Below are positions 1 through 11,790 of a stretch of DNA of 37,229 nt, piece after piece. The DNA comes from Octopus bimaculoides (taxonomy: Eukaryota). Below the pieces are notes generated by a model. That model was not told the origin of the DNA and did not search any database. It saw only the letters and a list, made by a program, of their open reading frames with translations. The stretch spans positions 62,000,529 through 62,037,757 of the forward strand of contig NC_068983.1 of the NCBI RefSeq assembly GCF_001194135.2, given 5' to 3'. A program made the translations under genes and the position numbers. Position 1 is the first letter of the stretch. Every line of letters begins with the position of its first letter.

Positions 1-131
<131 letters not shown>

Positions 132-299
132 ATTCCTTTTGCATGTAGATTGCCATCCTCTGTGCGGTCAGTTCGATTCACTTCTTGTCCATTCTTGTAA
201 GTTAAACAACATTGCGTATCTATGCTTTCTGAAACACCAATTAATATTTTTCATCGCGTGTTCTATATGATTCATGTCAAAGAGTTTCTTTAGTAAATA

Positions 300-2180
300 T
301 TAACAGTTATTCAACATATCATTATTATTTTCAGAGGAGCAATGGTTAAAACTCTGAGATGGTAGAGTTTGACAATCGGCTTTTAGCATATACTATCTTG
401 ATGTCTTGGAACTGGTTCATTAAAAATACACTTAACTTTAACATATTAACAGAAAATGTTTAAATAAATCGTTAATTCGATTAATCCTCTTCTATACACT
501 GAAGCTACTTACAATATATATGATATAGAAGACACCATGTGGCTCAAAGACTAAACAGAATAAATGCATAAATCTGCATATGCAGTCTAAGACAATGATT
601 AATATGATTATCTTGAAGCATATTGATTTTTTTAAAGGTTGGTGACGTTTGCTTTTGGGAAGCATATGTTTCTCATATGATTGCATGCTATATTCTTCGA
701 TTGTCAGCAGTTTTGTGGCAGGTGCTTGCGCTATGTAAAATTGCAAGATATAACGACTGAATAATCGTTGCCAATTAAGAACTAAGTCAGAAATTTCTCT
801 ATTTTGATTTATTTAGACAAAATGGCCAGTACTGTATCAATGAAACGATGACACTCTACCGAATAGGCAAAAAGCTTTATGTAGACATTAAAAAAATCAA
901 TTCAAGATCTTTCAACTTTTGCTGTAATAGAAAATACTTTATCAGACGTAACTATACACAAATTCAATTATTTGATCTACCTAATAATATGGTTGACGTC
1001 CTACTCCAATAGATGAGCTTTACTGACCTCAAAGTAAGAAAAGTAAGCTTAAACTTAATAGGAAAAGAAAGATATAAAATGTAATATGACGTAATTTGAT
1101 ATAGTATACCAAGTGGTATCAATAATACACACATAAATACACACACTAATATCAGACAAGATAAAGATAAAGAAACTTAGGTAAAACACAGGCATACAAA
1201 TACTTAGTATCCAATAACAGTATATAATACACAAGTGAATGGAATTCTTTGGATGGAATATTATAGGACTAATATATTAATACTTTCAAAAGTACTATGT
1301 TAAAAAATGAAAGCTACAGTTATCAATGTTATTAGCTTTAATATTCCCAACTGGACGTTAGACGAACTACTTAGATAAGACATGGAAATTATAAGAATAC
1401 ACTATCCCAAATATGATACTGAAAGACATTACATACCATGTATACAAGGTAGCAGGGGACTTATATCACTAGAAAACTATTATAAAACATCGACTATAAG
1501 ACTACAAAAAATATCTAGTGTAGAATGATGGAAACTTAATACAAATACCTACGAAACATGAGTGATACAAAGAACAGCTGTCTGTATTCAGGATAGTCAA
1601 CACATACAAAAGAAAACAAAAGTCGCCAGAATAGAAGGCTTCGAATGTAACGAAGTATAAGCTTTAGAAATCATGGAATAGATAAAACCTAAACTAGAAT
1701 TTGGACTACAGAATGATATGATGGACAATTACCAGAAAGTTTCCTAAATGGAAAGACTGGAATGAATGGAAGAAAACAAAGAAATATTCTAGCACTAAAT
1801 TAGACGCTTGGGACTCAAAGAATAGAATAAAAGGATTTGTTTGCGGTATATGATCAAAGCCTCTCTACCAGAAACCAAGAAGTAGCAGGAAACGTAATGC
1901 CACATAATCTATATATTAGTCCCAAAAGAGGATATTGTATCTGTAAAAGAAATGTAGAAATTATGTAAGTGTAAAGTTCTGGAAAAAGATACAACCGAAA
2001 TATGGGATCTGAAAACAAAACCTGTCTCTGTAATAATAGGTTTTTTGGGAATGATTCAAAAACCAGGCAAGCAAATACATATCCAGCATCCCGGAATTAC
2101 AAATATGTATGACATTCAGAAAATAGGTCCACTAAGTGTTGTACACATACTTCTTGGAACACTTTCAGTGTAGTGAAAAT
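300..2180 (+). mobile_element. Degenerate R4/Dong-clade (RLE-type) non-LTR retrotransposon: RT thumb and restriction-like endonuclease
   Basis: Hand translation: AYKYL (~1192); NWTLDELLR*...HYPKYDTERHYIPCIQGSRGLISLENYYKT (1330-1495), like HHPKADxERLYxPRxxGGRGL; VPKEDIVSVKEM*KLCKCKVLE...EIWDLKTKPVSVIIGFLG...QKIGPLSVVHILLGTLSV* (1919-2173), the R4 RLE C-terminus. Many stops/frameshifts. The 5' part (300-1190) is only weakly recognisable. Confidence 0.7.
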
Positions 2181-2585
2181 AACAAAACGAAAGCGATGCA
2201 ATGTACGTAGTCAACGAACGCACTCGCACGCAAAGTTAATTCTGTAGTGCAGTAAAGGAGCTCAATAACAATGATAAAGCATTTATACAATAAAATAATA
2301 TTAAATATAATTTTCCTTCTCTCTTCTTTACGTTCCACGAAATATTTTTCTTATTTCAGGTATTTAAATGAATGTTTCTCTATCTGCACTAAGCCCAAGG
2401 AAGAAAATGATATCTGAGCGTTTAAGTCACAATAATGATTTATCCATTCAAAATTATTTTCGTATGTTTCCTGTTTCCATTTTAATTTACCCCCTATTCC
2501 CTTTCAAAACTTTTACAACTCAACACTTACTTTTCTGATATTCTTTCTCTTTAAATATAATTTTTCTTCTCTCATTTTTCAGTCA

Positions 2586-2633
2586 CCTCTCTCTTTCCCT
2601 CTTCTCTCTTTCCCTCTTCTCTCTCTCTCCCTC

Positions 2634-2680
<47 letters not shown>
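2586..2680. repeat. CT-rich tract plus (TA)n running into a gap
   Basis: Direct reading. Confidence 0.95.
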
Positions 2681-3496
2681 NNNNNNNNNNNNNNNNNNNN
2701 NNNNNNNNNNNNNNNNNNNNNNNNNNNNNNNNNNNNNNNNNNNNNNNNNNNNNNNNNNNNNNNNNNNNNNNNNNNNNNNNNNNNNNNNNNNNNNNNNNNN
2801 NNNNNNNNNNNNNNNNNNNNNNNNNNNNNNNNNNNNNNNNNNNNNNNNNNNNNNNNNNNNNNNNNNNNNNNNNNNNNNNNNNNNNNNNNNNNNNNNNNNN
2901 NNNNNNNNNNNNNNNNNNNNNNNNNNNNNNNNNNNNNNNNNNNNNNNNNNNNNNNNNNNNNNNNNNNNNNNNNNNNNNNNNNNNNNNNNNNNNNNNNNNN
3001 NNNNNNNNNNNNNNNNNNNNNNNNNNNNNNNNNNNNNNNNNNNNNNNNNNNNNNNNNNNNNNNNNNNNNNNNNNNNNNNNNNNNNNNNNNNNNNNNNNNN
3101 NNNNNNNNNNNNNNNNNNNNNNNNNNNNNNNNNNNNNNNNNNNNNNNNNNNNNNNNNNNNNNNNNNNNNNNNNNNNNNNNNNNNNNNNNNNNNNNNNNNN
3201 NNNNNNNNNNNNNNNNNNNNNNNNNNNNNNNNNNNNNNNNNNNNNNNNNNNNNNNNNNNNNNNNNNNNNNNNNNNNNNNNNNNNNNNNNNNNNNNNNNNN
3301 NNNNNNNNNNNNNNNNNNNNNNNNNNNNNNNNNNNNNNNNNNNNNNNNNNNNNNNNNNNNNNNNNNNNNNNNNNNNNNNNNNNNNNNNNNNNNNNNNNNN
3401 NNNNNNNNNNNNNNNNNNNNNNNNNNNNNNNNNNNNNNNNNNNNNNNNNNNNNNNNNNNNNNNNNNNNNNNNNNNNNNNNNNNNNNNNNNNNNNNN
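2681..3496. other. Assembly gap (N)
   Basis: Run of n. Confidence 1.
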
Positions 3497-3946
3497 ATAT
3501 ATAAGCATGCATATGTGTACACACACACACATACAAGCAGCCACATACGCAAACACACATGCATGTACTAATGAATAAATGTATAATTTATATGATTGTG
3601 CACGTGTGAATCGCTATTGAATGAGAATGTCTGTAAATACTGGGAGAAGATAGAAATATGTACACAAATCTTATGTTTAATAATAATTGAGAATCTTAGC
3701 CGCTGTTATAAATATTATGACATGCATTCAAATTTCCTTTGTAATTCGATTTCAGATCTGTAAATAATTATACATTTTAACGAGATGCTTCTAGAAAAAC
3801 TTTTAAAAAAAGGCAAAACAAAAGCAAACAAAAAAATAAATAAAAAAACAGACTTAGAAAATCTCCAGAATATCAAATGTCATTCCGAAAAGGTTTATGA
3901 TTAGAACAAAAAGTGAATGCTATGTAATTCAAAATGATGTTTAGGC

Positions 3947-5240
3947 CATCCGTTCTCAAACTTTTTAACTTCATTACATACTGAAGATCAAATATAATGG
4001 CTGACCTACTTCTGATTGCAAGCTTTATAAAAATGATATTTTAGAGTTTAAAATTTAGGTAACAATATAGGAAATGATTGCTTACCTTATTTTATTAATC
4101 GTGCGTGTTTGAAATATGCGCTTGAAGTTCATTAGCGATTTAGTCAATGATGGATCTTATCTGCTATATACCAACTCTCATTTCTGCCCTAAATATGTTG
4201 AATAGTTTCTCCCTTTTTAGAATTTAATTTAAGTAGGGAAGCAAATTCTAATTTACATAAATATGATTTTTAAATCGAATACACGTAGACAAAGTTATTT
4301 TAGCTACCGGAAAATATTCTCATCTTCTAGAAATCCATACGTTTTGAAAAAGCAGCTTCTTATTTCATTCCATAGTGATTGAAAAGATGAGCCAATTCTT
4401 CAGATAATTCGAACAAAACTAGTTGAAATTTTTATGAAAGGGCTTCAAATTATATAATATTGTCTTATGTTTATTGATGCAAGATAAATGATTAATTTCT
4501 ATTCTAATGTTATCACATCATCAACTATATTAAAAGTCATTTCCTTTACATGAAGCCTATTTATTAAAGAAAACATTTCGAGATTGCCTTTCTAATTCAC
4601 AGTTTATTTCCTGAAGTAGACTTAATTTATTTGCAGATTTGTGAATATTTTAATTTTCAACTTGTTTATCTTGTTTTGAGTATTAAGATACTGAATATGC
4701 ATATCAAATGTTTCAGGCTAAAAACAAAAGAAATGCATTGAAAATATTCAAAAGTTTGTTTTGTATTAATTCTAGAATTATCTAAGTGACTCTTCTTGGA
4801 GGTTATGATGAATAATTTGCGCCATACTTCTTCACAACCGTCTGAATTTTGTGTATAAATTGCGAAAGCATGACCATGCAAATTTTATTAAACTTTGGTT
4901 ATTGCCTATAATAAAATTATTTCGACAACTTAATTTCAAAACTTGGTTTAATTCAAGTATCATTGTTTTTGTAATCAATGTGTCACTTATCACAGCATGA
5001 TTTTCTGTAGCACCAGACAATTCCCAAACCAGCTTGTAAACAGTGTCAAAAAAATAATTGACTCTGACAAAGTAACAGACATAAGTTTTTAAAGAAATTT
5101 TTCAGATATGTCATAAAAAGCAATTTCAGCGATTTTATCATATGCATACTTATATACACACATGCACGTCGTAACTCCTTTATTATTATTAATATTACCA
5201 AAAGGATCGATTCTTGAAGAGTCTGCATATCTTCACTGTC
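3947..5240 (-). mobile_element. Old hAT (Buster/Charlie-type) transposon fossil with 3' TIR
   Basis: Minus-strand translation: KSLKLLF (EELLF-like), IFSILN, MDF*KMR, SYLCKLEFASLLKLNSKK (TYLCExGFS dimerization motif) and AEMRVGI*QIRSIID*IANELQAHISN (typical ...QAHxSH end). TIR-like CATCCGTTCTCAAACTTTTT at 3947-3966, preceded by GTTTAGGC, which fits the nnnTAnnn Buster target pattern. Confidence 0.7.
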
Positions 5241-5366
5241 GTTTTTTTCTGCTATTTTGGTGATGATTTTTTAAGTTAGCTTACCAATTATTGTTGGTAG
5301 TTAATTTATAATATATTGTTATTGAATTTTTACTGTTTTTCTTGAACAGCTATTTAATCATTACCT

Positions 5367-5510
5367 ATGGAGTTATTTAACATAGACGCTTCTTTGAAGG
5401 ATATACCTGTTCCACCTAATAACGTATATATTAAAGAACTTATCTGGAAGACACATCCATTTATTAACAGGATTCGTTGGAAGGCGTTTTTCTTTGACAA
5501 AAAAGAACAA
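5367..5510 (+). mobile_element. Penelope-like element (PLE), N-terminal ORF fragment
   Basis: MELFNIDASLKDIPVPPNNVYIKELIWKTHPFINRIRWKAFFF matches the PLE N-terminal pattern SLKNIPxP..Y.K.LI.K...FI.R.RWKAFFF. Confidence 0.75.
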
Positions 5511-5529
5511 ATAACGGATTTACCTGAGA

Positions 5530-5764
5530 ATGTAGGTAATAGCGTTCTTTTTGCTAAAACTTTAAAAATTTTGTTCGTTTTTTGTAATTGTGAAATTTTT
5601 TCGCCATGAACGGTTTGTGTTTTTAAACGGAGTGTATTTTTTCTGATGTTATATCTGTTCCTGAATGATGTGTAAAGAAATTTTGATTTAAGCATCTTAA
5701 TGAATTCTTTATACTGAAATATATATTGAAGATGATAAATATGTTCTTTTGAATTTATACGTTT
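5530..5764 (-). mobile_element. Probable inverted continuation of the same PLE ORF (alternative: host exon 5524-5713)
   Basis: Minus strand TYKFKRT...YKEFIKMLKSKF...QKTNKIFKVLAKRT resembles the segment after RWKAFFF (TYGFKS...L..MI.NI.F...SNKIFV.ADKT). An in-frame AG (5714) and GT (5523) also bound 5524-5713. Confidence 0.4.
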
Positions 5765-6074
5765 NNNNNNNNNNNNNNNNNNNNNNNNNNNNNNNNNNNN
5801 NNNNNNNNNNNNNNNNNNNNNNNNNNNNNNNNNNNNNNNNNNNNNNNNNNNNNNNNNNNNNNNNNNNNNNNNNNNNNNNNNNNNNNNNNNNNNNNNNNNN
5901 NNNNNNNNNNNNNNNNNNNNNNNNNNNNNNNNNNNNNNNNNNNNNNNNNNNNNNNNNNNNNNNNNNNNNNNNNNNNNNNNNNNNNNNNNNNNNNNNNNNN
6001 NNNNNNNNNNNNNNNNNNNNNNNNNNNNNNNNNNNNNNNNNNNNNNNNNNNNNNNNNNNNNNNNNNNNNNNNNN
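5765..6074. other. Assembly gap (N)
   Basis: Run of n. Confidence 1.
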
Positions 6075-6076
6075 TG

Positions 6077-6120
<44 letters not shown>

Positions 6121-6179
6121 GAGAGAGAGAGATACAAACACACAAAATCTACTACAGTGCTATATACATACATACATAT

Positions 6180-6220
<41 letters not shown>
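6075..6220. repeat. Compound (TA)n/(GA)n/(CATA)n microsatellite
   Basis: Direct reading. Confidence 0.95.
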
Positions 6221-6224
<4 letters not shown>

Positions 6225-6239
6225 AAGAAAATCTTAAGA

Positions 6240-6535
6240 TTCTTCAAAGATTTCTGTTGAACATATAAATCTGTTAAAAAATTTCTTGGATGGAATCCAT
6301 CGAAATCTAACCCGCTTCTCAGATAAACAACTTCGAAAACAGGCATTTTTATTTATCCACAACATGGCTGTCAAAAATTCCAATTACTATTCTAACTGTT
6401 GTGTCCATAATTGATTTTCGAAAATCATGTAAACCGAGCCAAAATCCATACAAGTAGCGAACGTGTAAACAAACCGCCTTTATAATCACAACCGTCAATG
6501 CCAACAACAATGCCAAAACCTTACTTGGTACTCCA
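6240..6535 (+). mobile_element. Possible PLE C-terminal linker and start of GIY-YIG endonuclease, decayed
   Basis: NFLDGIHRNL...QLRK...VKNSNYYS..HN*..KI, then SCKPSQNPYK*RTCKQTAFIITTVNANNNAKT(Y/L)G, resembling KFL.LI.KHF...LRK...VK.SYSC...HN.KI and CNC...CP..G.CL...VIY.ATV....KTYIG. Confidence 0.35.
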
Positions 6536-6537
6536 AG

Positions 6538-6687
6538 TATATACATGCATACATAAATTCATATATACATATATATAATGTATGCGTGTGTGTGTGTGAG
6601 CGTGTGTGTGCGTGTGCGTCTGTGTGTATATGTGTATATATAAAGTTTATATATAAATATATATATACGTACGTATACATATATCTA

Positions 6688-6733
<46 letters not shown>

Positions 6734-6765
6734 TATAAAAGCATAAAATATATGTATTCATATAA
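6538..6765. repeat. Mixed (TA)n/(TG)n low-complexity tract
   Basis: Direct reading. Confidence 0.9.
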
Positions 6766-7479
6766 AAATGATAAGGCAGAGATGACTGAAATATATACAG
6801 CTTAAAAACAATGTGAAAACGTAATTTGAGAATTTCGATTAAGATGCAGTATGATAAAACTATCTCTTTATTGGGAAGTAGGGAGTAAGTTAAACATTTT
6901 CTTGATAAAGGTTATTGGAAAAATCATTATAAAATAAGTTAAAACATGAAATAAGAACGATTTGACAATCGATATCTATCACTGTACAGCTGCTACTACT
7001 CTGATACCTGCAATGCACGTATAAAGAAAATGATCCAACTTAAATTATCTAGAGAAATAAAAAAAAACTAGAAAAAAAAAATGAAAATGTACAATTATAA
7101 TTACAAATTATAAAGTGAAAGATGAATAAAGTGTAAAGATGTGATATCGATATGCGTTCGCCCACTTAAACTACATATATAAAAGAAAAAAGCCGAAACC
7201 TTGTACAGAGGTGTACTTTAAACTTTTCATTGTATATTGCACTGAACAAATGAACTTTTAAACGAGCCAGTATTATGGAAAAATGTACTTCTATGCAAAA
7301 GTTTTCTTTGTAGAAGATGAATGTAAAAAATGTTACAAAAGTGATGTTTTCTAAGGAAAAGGTATATCATTTGGTTCTAATTTGTAGAATAAAAATAGTT
7401 TTAATCACAAAGTGTATTATGACTGGTTATAATCAAGAGTAATACTATTCCAATATCTACATTAAAACAGACACCCTAG

Positions 7480-8480
7480 ATATTTTGGATATTTGTCAAT
7501 ATAACAAATGAATATTTTAAAAGATGATGGCCGTTTACAGAAGTGGTAGCAAAAGTATATTCAAAATACCTATTGATATCCGAAATTAAATTGCCAGAGT
7601 AAGGATGGTTATTATAGTTGAGAAACAACTAATGGCTTACATATGCTCCTGTCTTAGTCAAGATTGTAGCGAGGTCAAAATAGTACTTATTCTTAAATAA
7701 GTAGATAGTAAAAAGAGAGGTTTAGGAATATGTCGAATTAATTTCAGCGTTGTCTGAATTAAAACAAAATAAAGATATGATATTGATATAAAGACTATGG
7801 TAGTAGAAGGATTTTTCAGTGAGTCTTTTTTCTCTTTTGCCCACTCATTGTTCCTGTAATCATTGCAATTGACAAAGGCGTCTGCTACACTGGATTATGA
7901 TACTGAATGCTCAGAAATATATGATTAATCAGCTTCTTATTTACACCTGCAGAATCAATTATTGTCTGTAGAGTTATTCATCTTTCAAAAGGAATACTCA
8001 AGGGGGAATCTGTCAGTGTTTGGATATATTTTAGCACTAAATCAACAATCATGTCTTTTGCAATACAGGATACTTTACGACAGCACGGAACCTCAGTAGC
8101 ATCTATCACTTCTTGATGATATAAAGGCCTTCGCGAGAAATATTTACAATACTGAGATTTCAGTTGGATTTAACAGAAATAGGGTGACTGATATAGAAAT
8201 GGGATTTAGTTAAAAGAAATATTGATTATCGATGGTTGAATGCAAGAAAAAATGTTTTCTGGTATGAATAAATAAAGTTTATATAAACAGAGTATCTGTG
8301 CATCTTGTTCCACGAAATGAATATTACAAATAACTATCAATTGAGAAAAATACATCCCTTATAGGTATTGTGAACAAAGACAAATTGATCAAAGAATATA
8401 CGTTAGAATTTGAGAAACATGGCAGAGGCAGATTTTTCCTTACAGCATGAAAATATCCGATTCATTTAGTGTTCGGAAGG
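7480..8480 (+). mobile_element. Second decayed R4/Dong-type RT fragment
   Basis: Across frameshifts: AHSLFL*SLQL (PHSWIL.SL), GILKGESVS (GIxQGDSLS, ~7990), LALNQ, DDIKAFARN (YxDD-LKLFA, ~8116), EYYK*L and NKDKLIKEY. Confidence 0.55.
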
Positions 8481-9369
8481 TATTCAATCATTGTTAAGAA
8501 AGAATCTCCAATAATAGTAAATTCTCTTAGAATACAAAGCAGCCAAAGCACAATCACAAAAGTGCAGGCGGGGTGGAGGCCGCCGTTCAAATGCCTATTT
8601 TTCAAGTGATCTCAAACTGTGTCTCGGTTTCAATCATCGATTGAAGATATTTGACACCATCAACTCTTCTTCCTTACTCTGCAAATAACTTTCAAAAGAT
8701 CATGAGCATCATGTAAGGTTTCTTTATAATTGAAATTAATGTAACACTGATACTCATTTCATTTCATTGACACAGGAATAGTACTTCCAGAAATAATTTT
8801 TAATTACAATATGTGGCAGAGAATACAGATATAGTAACATGTCCACCAGTGCCCATAACTAAAAAAAAAAAAAGATATATATCAATAATGCAGAATAAAA
8901 ATCCCAAATAGCTCTAACTTAATTCGCATTTATCTCACATGTCATTCTCCAATTATGTTTTTATATTAAAAAAAATTATGCCTGGTATTATTTTTCCTTT
9001 AAATTGCACCTGCCTGTCTGAGAGTCATTATAATTACGAACAACAGCTAGTTAAACACATTTAACACAAAGATATTTCTTGAATCATCAACACGCTTGTT
9101 ATTAAAGGTGGTCACAGCTGTTACTAGTCTAAATCTTCTATATTTTCTCGAAGTAATTGGTGTGCATTTAAAAAAAAAAGTTGTTATGACATCAAGCAGT
9201 AGTTTTCGTTACAACTTCTATGTTAACAACTTGTGAAGAAATTGCATCGCACTGAATTATTTGAGAAGAATCGAAATTAAAATATAAAAGATAAATTCTA
9301 GATCAAATATGACCTAAATATATTTGAGTGCCAAGATACCAGCTTGACATAGATACGTTGTGTATGTAT

Positions 9370-10100
9370 GATCACACCTGCTCTCCATCCAAGTAAAGCC
9401 ACAGGTGCCTGAACCTTAACGCGAATTTTCGCATCTTCGGCCAAGGCATCCCTAGCCTACCCTTTAACAGTAGACAGAGAGCTTCACAAGTGGCTTTCCT
9501 CCCTTTCACAAAAAGCGAAAAAGGATTCTCTCCAACTTGTTCCGCCACAACTCGGGGAAAGGCACCACGGTCAGACGGTAGGTGATTACTGATGCTATAA
9601 ACATCTGCACCACCTCCACCCTCCTTAGCAAGGATAACGCCCGCTCAGACCAGGTCTGGGTTAGAGCTGTCACCTTCCTAGCCACCTCACTCCAATTTTT
9701 TTCTTTCTGGAGGTCTGGACCAACCCAGACTCCGAGCAGCTTAACAGGACCTTCCGTCCAACGCCCCACGACGTTATTGGATGCCACCAGCTTGCCCCTC
9801 CAGTTGCCAAGGTGCAAACCGACCGACTTGTCCATGTTAACCTTCGCTCCTGCTACCGCCTCATAAATTTTGATGTCCTCTTCCACCACCGCTATGATGA
9901 TGGAGATGTCATCCAGATATCACCATAGATCATGCAGCGCGCCCTTTAGTGCCTCCAACTTCCACAGCAATGGCTCAAGAGCCAACAAATACAAAAGTGG
10001 AGATACGGGACACCCCGACGCACTGAGCGCTCGATCCTGAATGGTTTCAAAAAGAAACCATTCACTTTTGACGACAAACTCGATGTAGCTGTACAACGTT
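9370..10100 (-). mobile_element. Tx1/L1-clade LINE reverse transcriptase fragment, truncated at both ends
   Basis: VKVNG..KPFRIERSVRRGVPVSPLLYLLALEPLL...YLDDISI, then ORF 9506..9889 (AKVNMDKSVGL...VKLLGVW...ERILFRFL) and LWKGGKPLV...GxGMP; typical L1/Tx1 RT domains 3-7 and thumb. Confidence 0.9.
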
Positions 10101-10594
10101 TCTTACCACACAGCCAACCCTAAGTATATTTATATACTACAGTAAGCGGGTGAACGGGTTAAATGATTTTGACATACCAAATACAGCTCAATGCTAAATA
10201 TTTGGGTAATTCTATACACTTAGATCATGATTTCAAGTTCTGACGAACAGCCTCAAATTTCATCAGCAAGTTTTGGCAAGTGAAAGTTTTTTTCCAACTT
10301 GTAACGTTGAATTCTGCTAGCGTTTTGAATTGTCTTGCGCCAAAATCAGAACAGCTTCAGTATAAATATACTTATAAGGAGTAAATATTAAAAAGTGAAT
10401 ATTTATATAGATATGTTTATTGTTATTATTATCTACGGTAAATATATACAGCTGATAAGCAACAATAATATAGGTGGTTGCAGGCCTTAAATAGCATTAG
10501 ATTTCTATAGAATTAAAATTTATATCCATCATAAGGGCACGCAAATCGCCTACCTACTAGAAAGGTAATTTATTTTTAATTTAATTTAATTTGA

Positions 10595-11035
10595 TTTCCC
10601 TGCAATCCTCCTCAAATCGTGCCCTGGCAAAACCACTACAGATTCTCTTCCAGAGTTTTCTTGCAAATGGCAAGCTGCCAAGCAAACTGAAGGAGGATCT
10701 AATATGCCAAATTCATAAAGGAGGAAGATCAGATGCCAAAAATTATAGGCCTATCTCTCTGGCTTCACACATTAGCAAAGTCATGGAACGAATAGTCAGA
10801 AGGAAACTAATCGCGCTCCTTAAAGAAAATGACTTACTGAGTGATAGCCAACATGGTTTTCAACCAGGAAGGAGCTGCTTGACACAACTGCTATAGCACT
10901 ATGCCTAGGTGTTGAAGCAGTTACTCCACAACTCAAATGCAGACGTAATATACCTTGACTTTGCAAAAACTTTTGATAAGGTGGATCATAGTATGATATG
11001 CCACAAAGTGTGCGATTTTGGCATAGCTGGAGTGG
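10595..11035 (+). mobile_element. CR1/L2/Jockey-group LINE RT fragment
   Basis: ALAKPLQILF...IHKGGRSDAKNYRPISLASHISKVMERIV...QHGFQPGRSCLTQLL*...DVIYLDFAKTFDKVDH. Confidence 0.92.
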
Positions 11036-11050
11036 TTACTGGGAACATCA

Positions 11051-11719
11051 AGTAGACCATGATTTCTAAGTCTTTACCCTAAATCGGTCCTGCATACCTG
11101 CCTACTAGAGATGGCAGTCGATCGGTCCGACTCATAATATATAAACAGAGAAGCGTCTATTATTGTTACTACTTATATCTCGTTTGCAGATTTTAGAACT
11201 AGTCACTTTGCTCGTTACGAAATTAGCAGCTGTCTGCTGCTTCTCTGTACAATATACCTGACACAGGCTACGTGTCGTTAACTAGCTAGAAAATACGTTT
11301 TCCTGGGGTTAAACTGTAGTAACATCCTTCTTTATAGAACAGCCGTGTTACAGTGGTAACAAAACGTTAACGTCTAGTATTGTTACTCCTTATATATCGT
11401 TTAGAAATTTTAGAACTAGCTAATTTGCTCGTTATGATATCAGCGGCTGTCTGCCGCTTCTCTGTTTATATATTGTGAGTAGGGACGATTGACTGCCATG
11501 TCTAGCAGGCAGATATCTAGTACCAATGAAAGGTAAAGACCTAGAAACCATGGTCTACTGGTCTTGCTAAGCTGAATGGGAGTGATTCATTCCCTTACTC
11601 ACAATATATCGTATATAGTTTGTGTGTCGACAACCAGCTGCAAAAGACGTTTTCCTGGGGTTATGTAGTAACATAGTTCTTTATAGAACAGCCTTGTTAT
11701 GGTGGCAGAAAAACCGTTA
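11051..11719. repeat. Composite non-coding repeat: 104-bp inverted repeat plus two interleaved direct repeats
   Basis: IR arms 11051-11154 and 11456-11559 (17 mismatches/104, ungapped, hand count). Direct repeat A 11155-11248 and 11372-11465 (14 mismatches/94). Direct repeat B 11249-11369 and 11601-11719. Confidence 0.9.
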
Positions 11720-11727
11720 CCACAAAC

Positions 11728-11790
11728 ATACATACATACATACATGTATAAAATACATACATATGTACATGTATGTATAAAATATATAAA
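11728..11790. repeat. (CATA)n-type microsatellite
   Basis: Direct reading. Confidence 0.85.

Noticed and set aside
2360-2417. Plus-strand terminal exon candidate (R)YLNECFSICTKPKEENDI*
   Set aside because: Good acceptor but short, with no corroborating upstream exon in the window.
2572-3564. Long ORFs spanning N runs (also 5709-6225, 15332-16177, 19024-19948, 21623-22132)
   Set aside because: Open only because N codons are untranslated; flanks are dinucleotide repeats.
11051-11719. CRISPR array or hammerhead ribozyme as explanation of the composite repeat
   Set aside because: Repeats are 90-120 bp, diverged and interleaved without unique spacers; no CTGAnGA/GAAA core with flanking stems was seen by eye.
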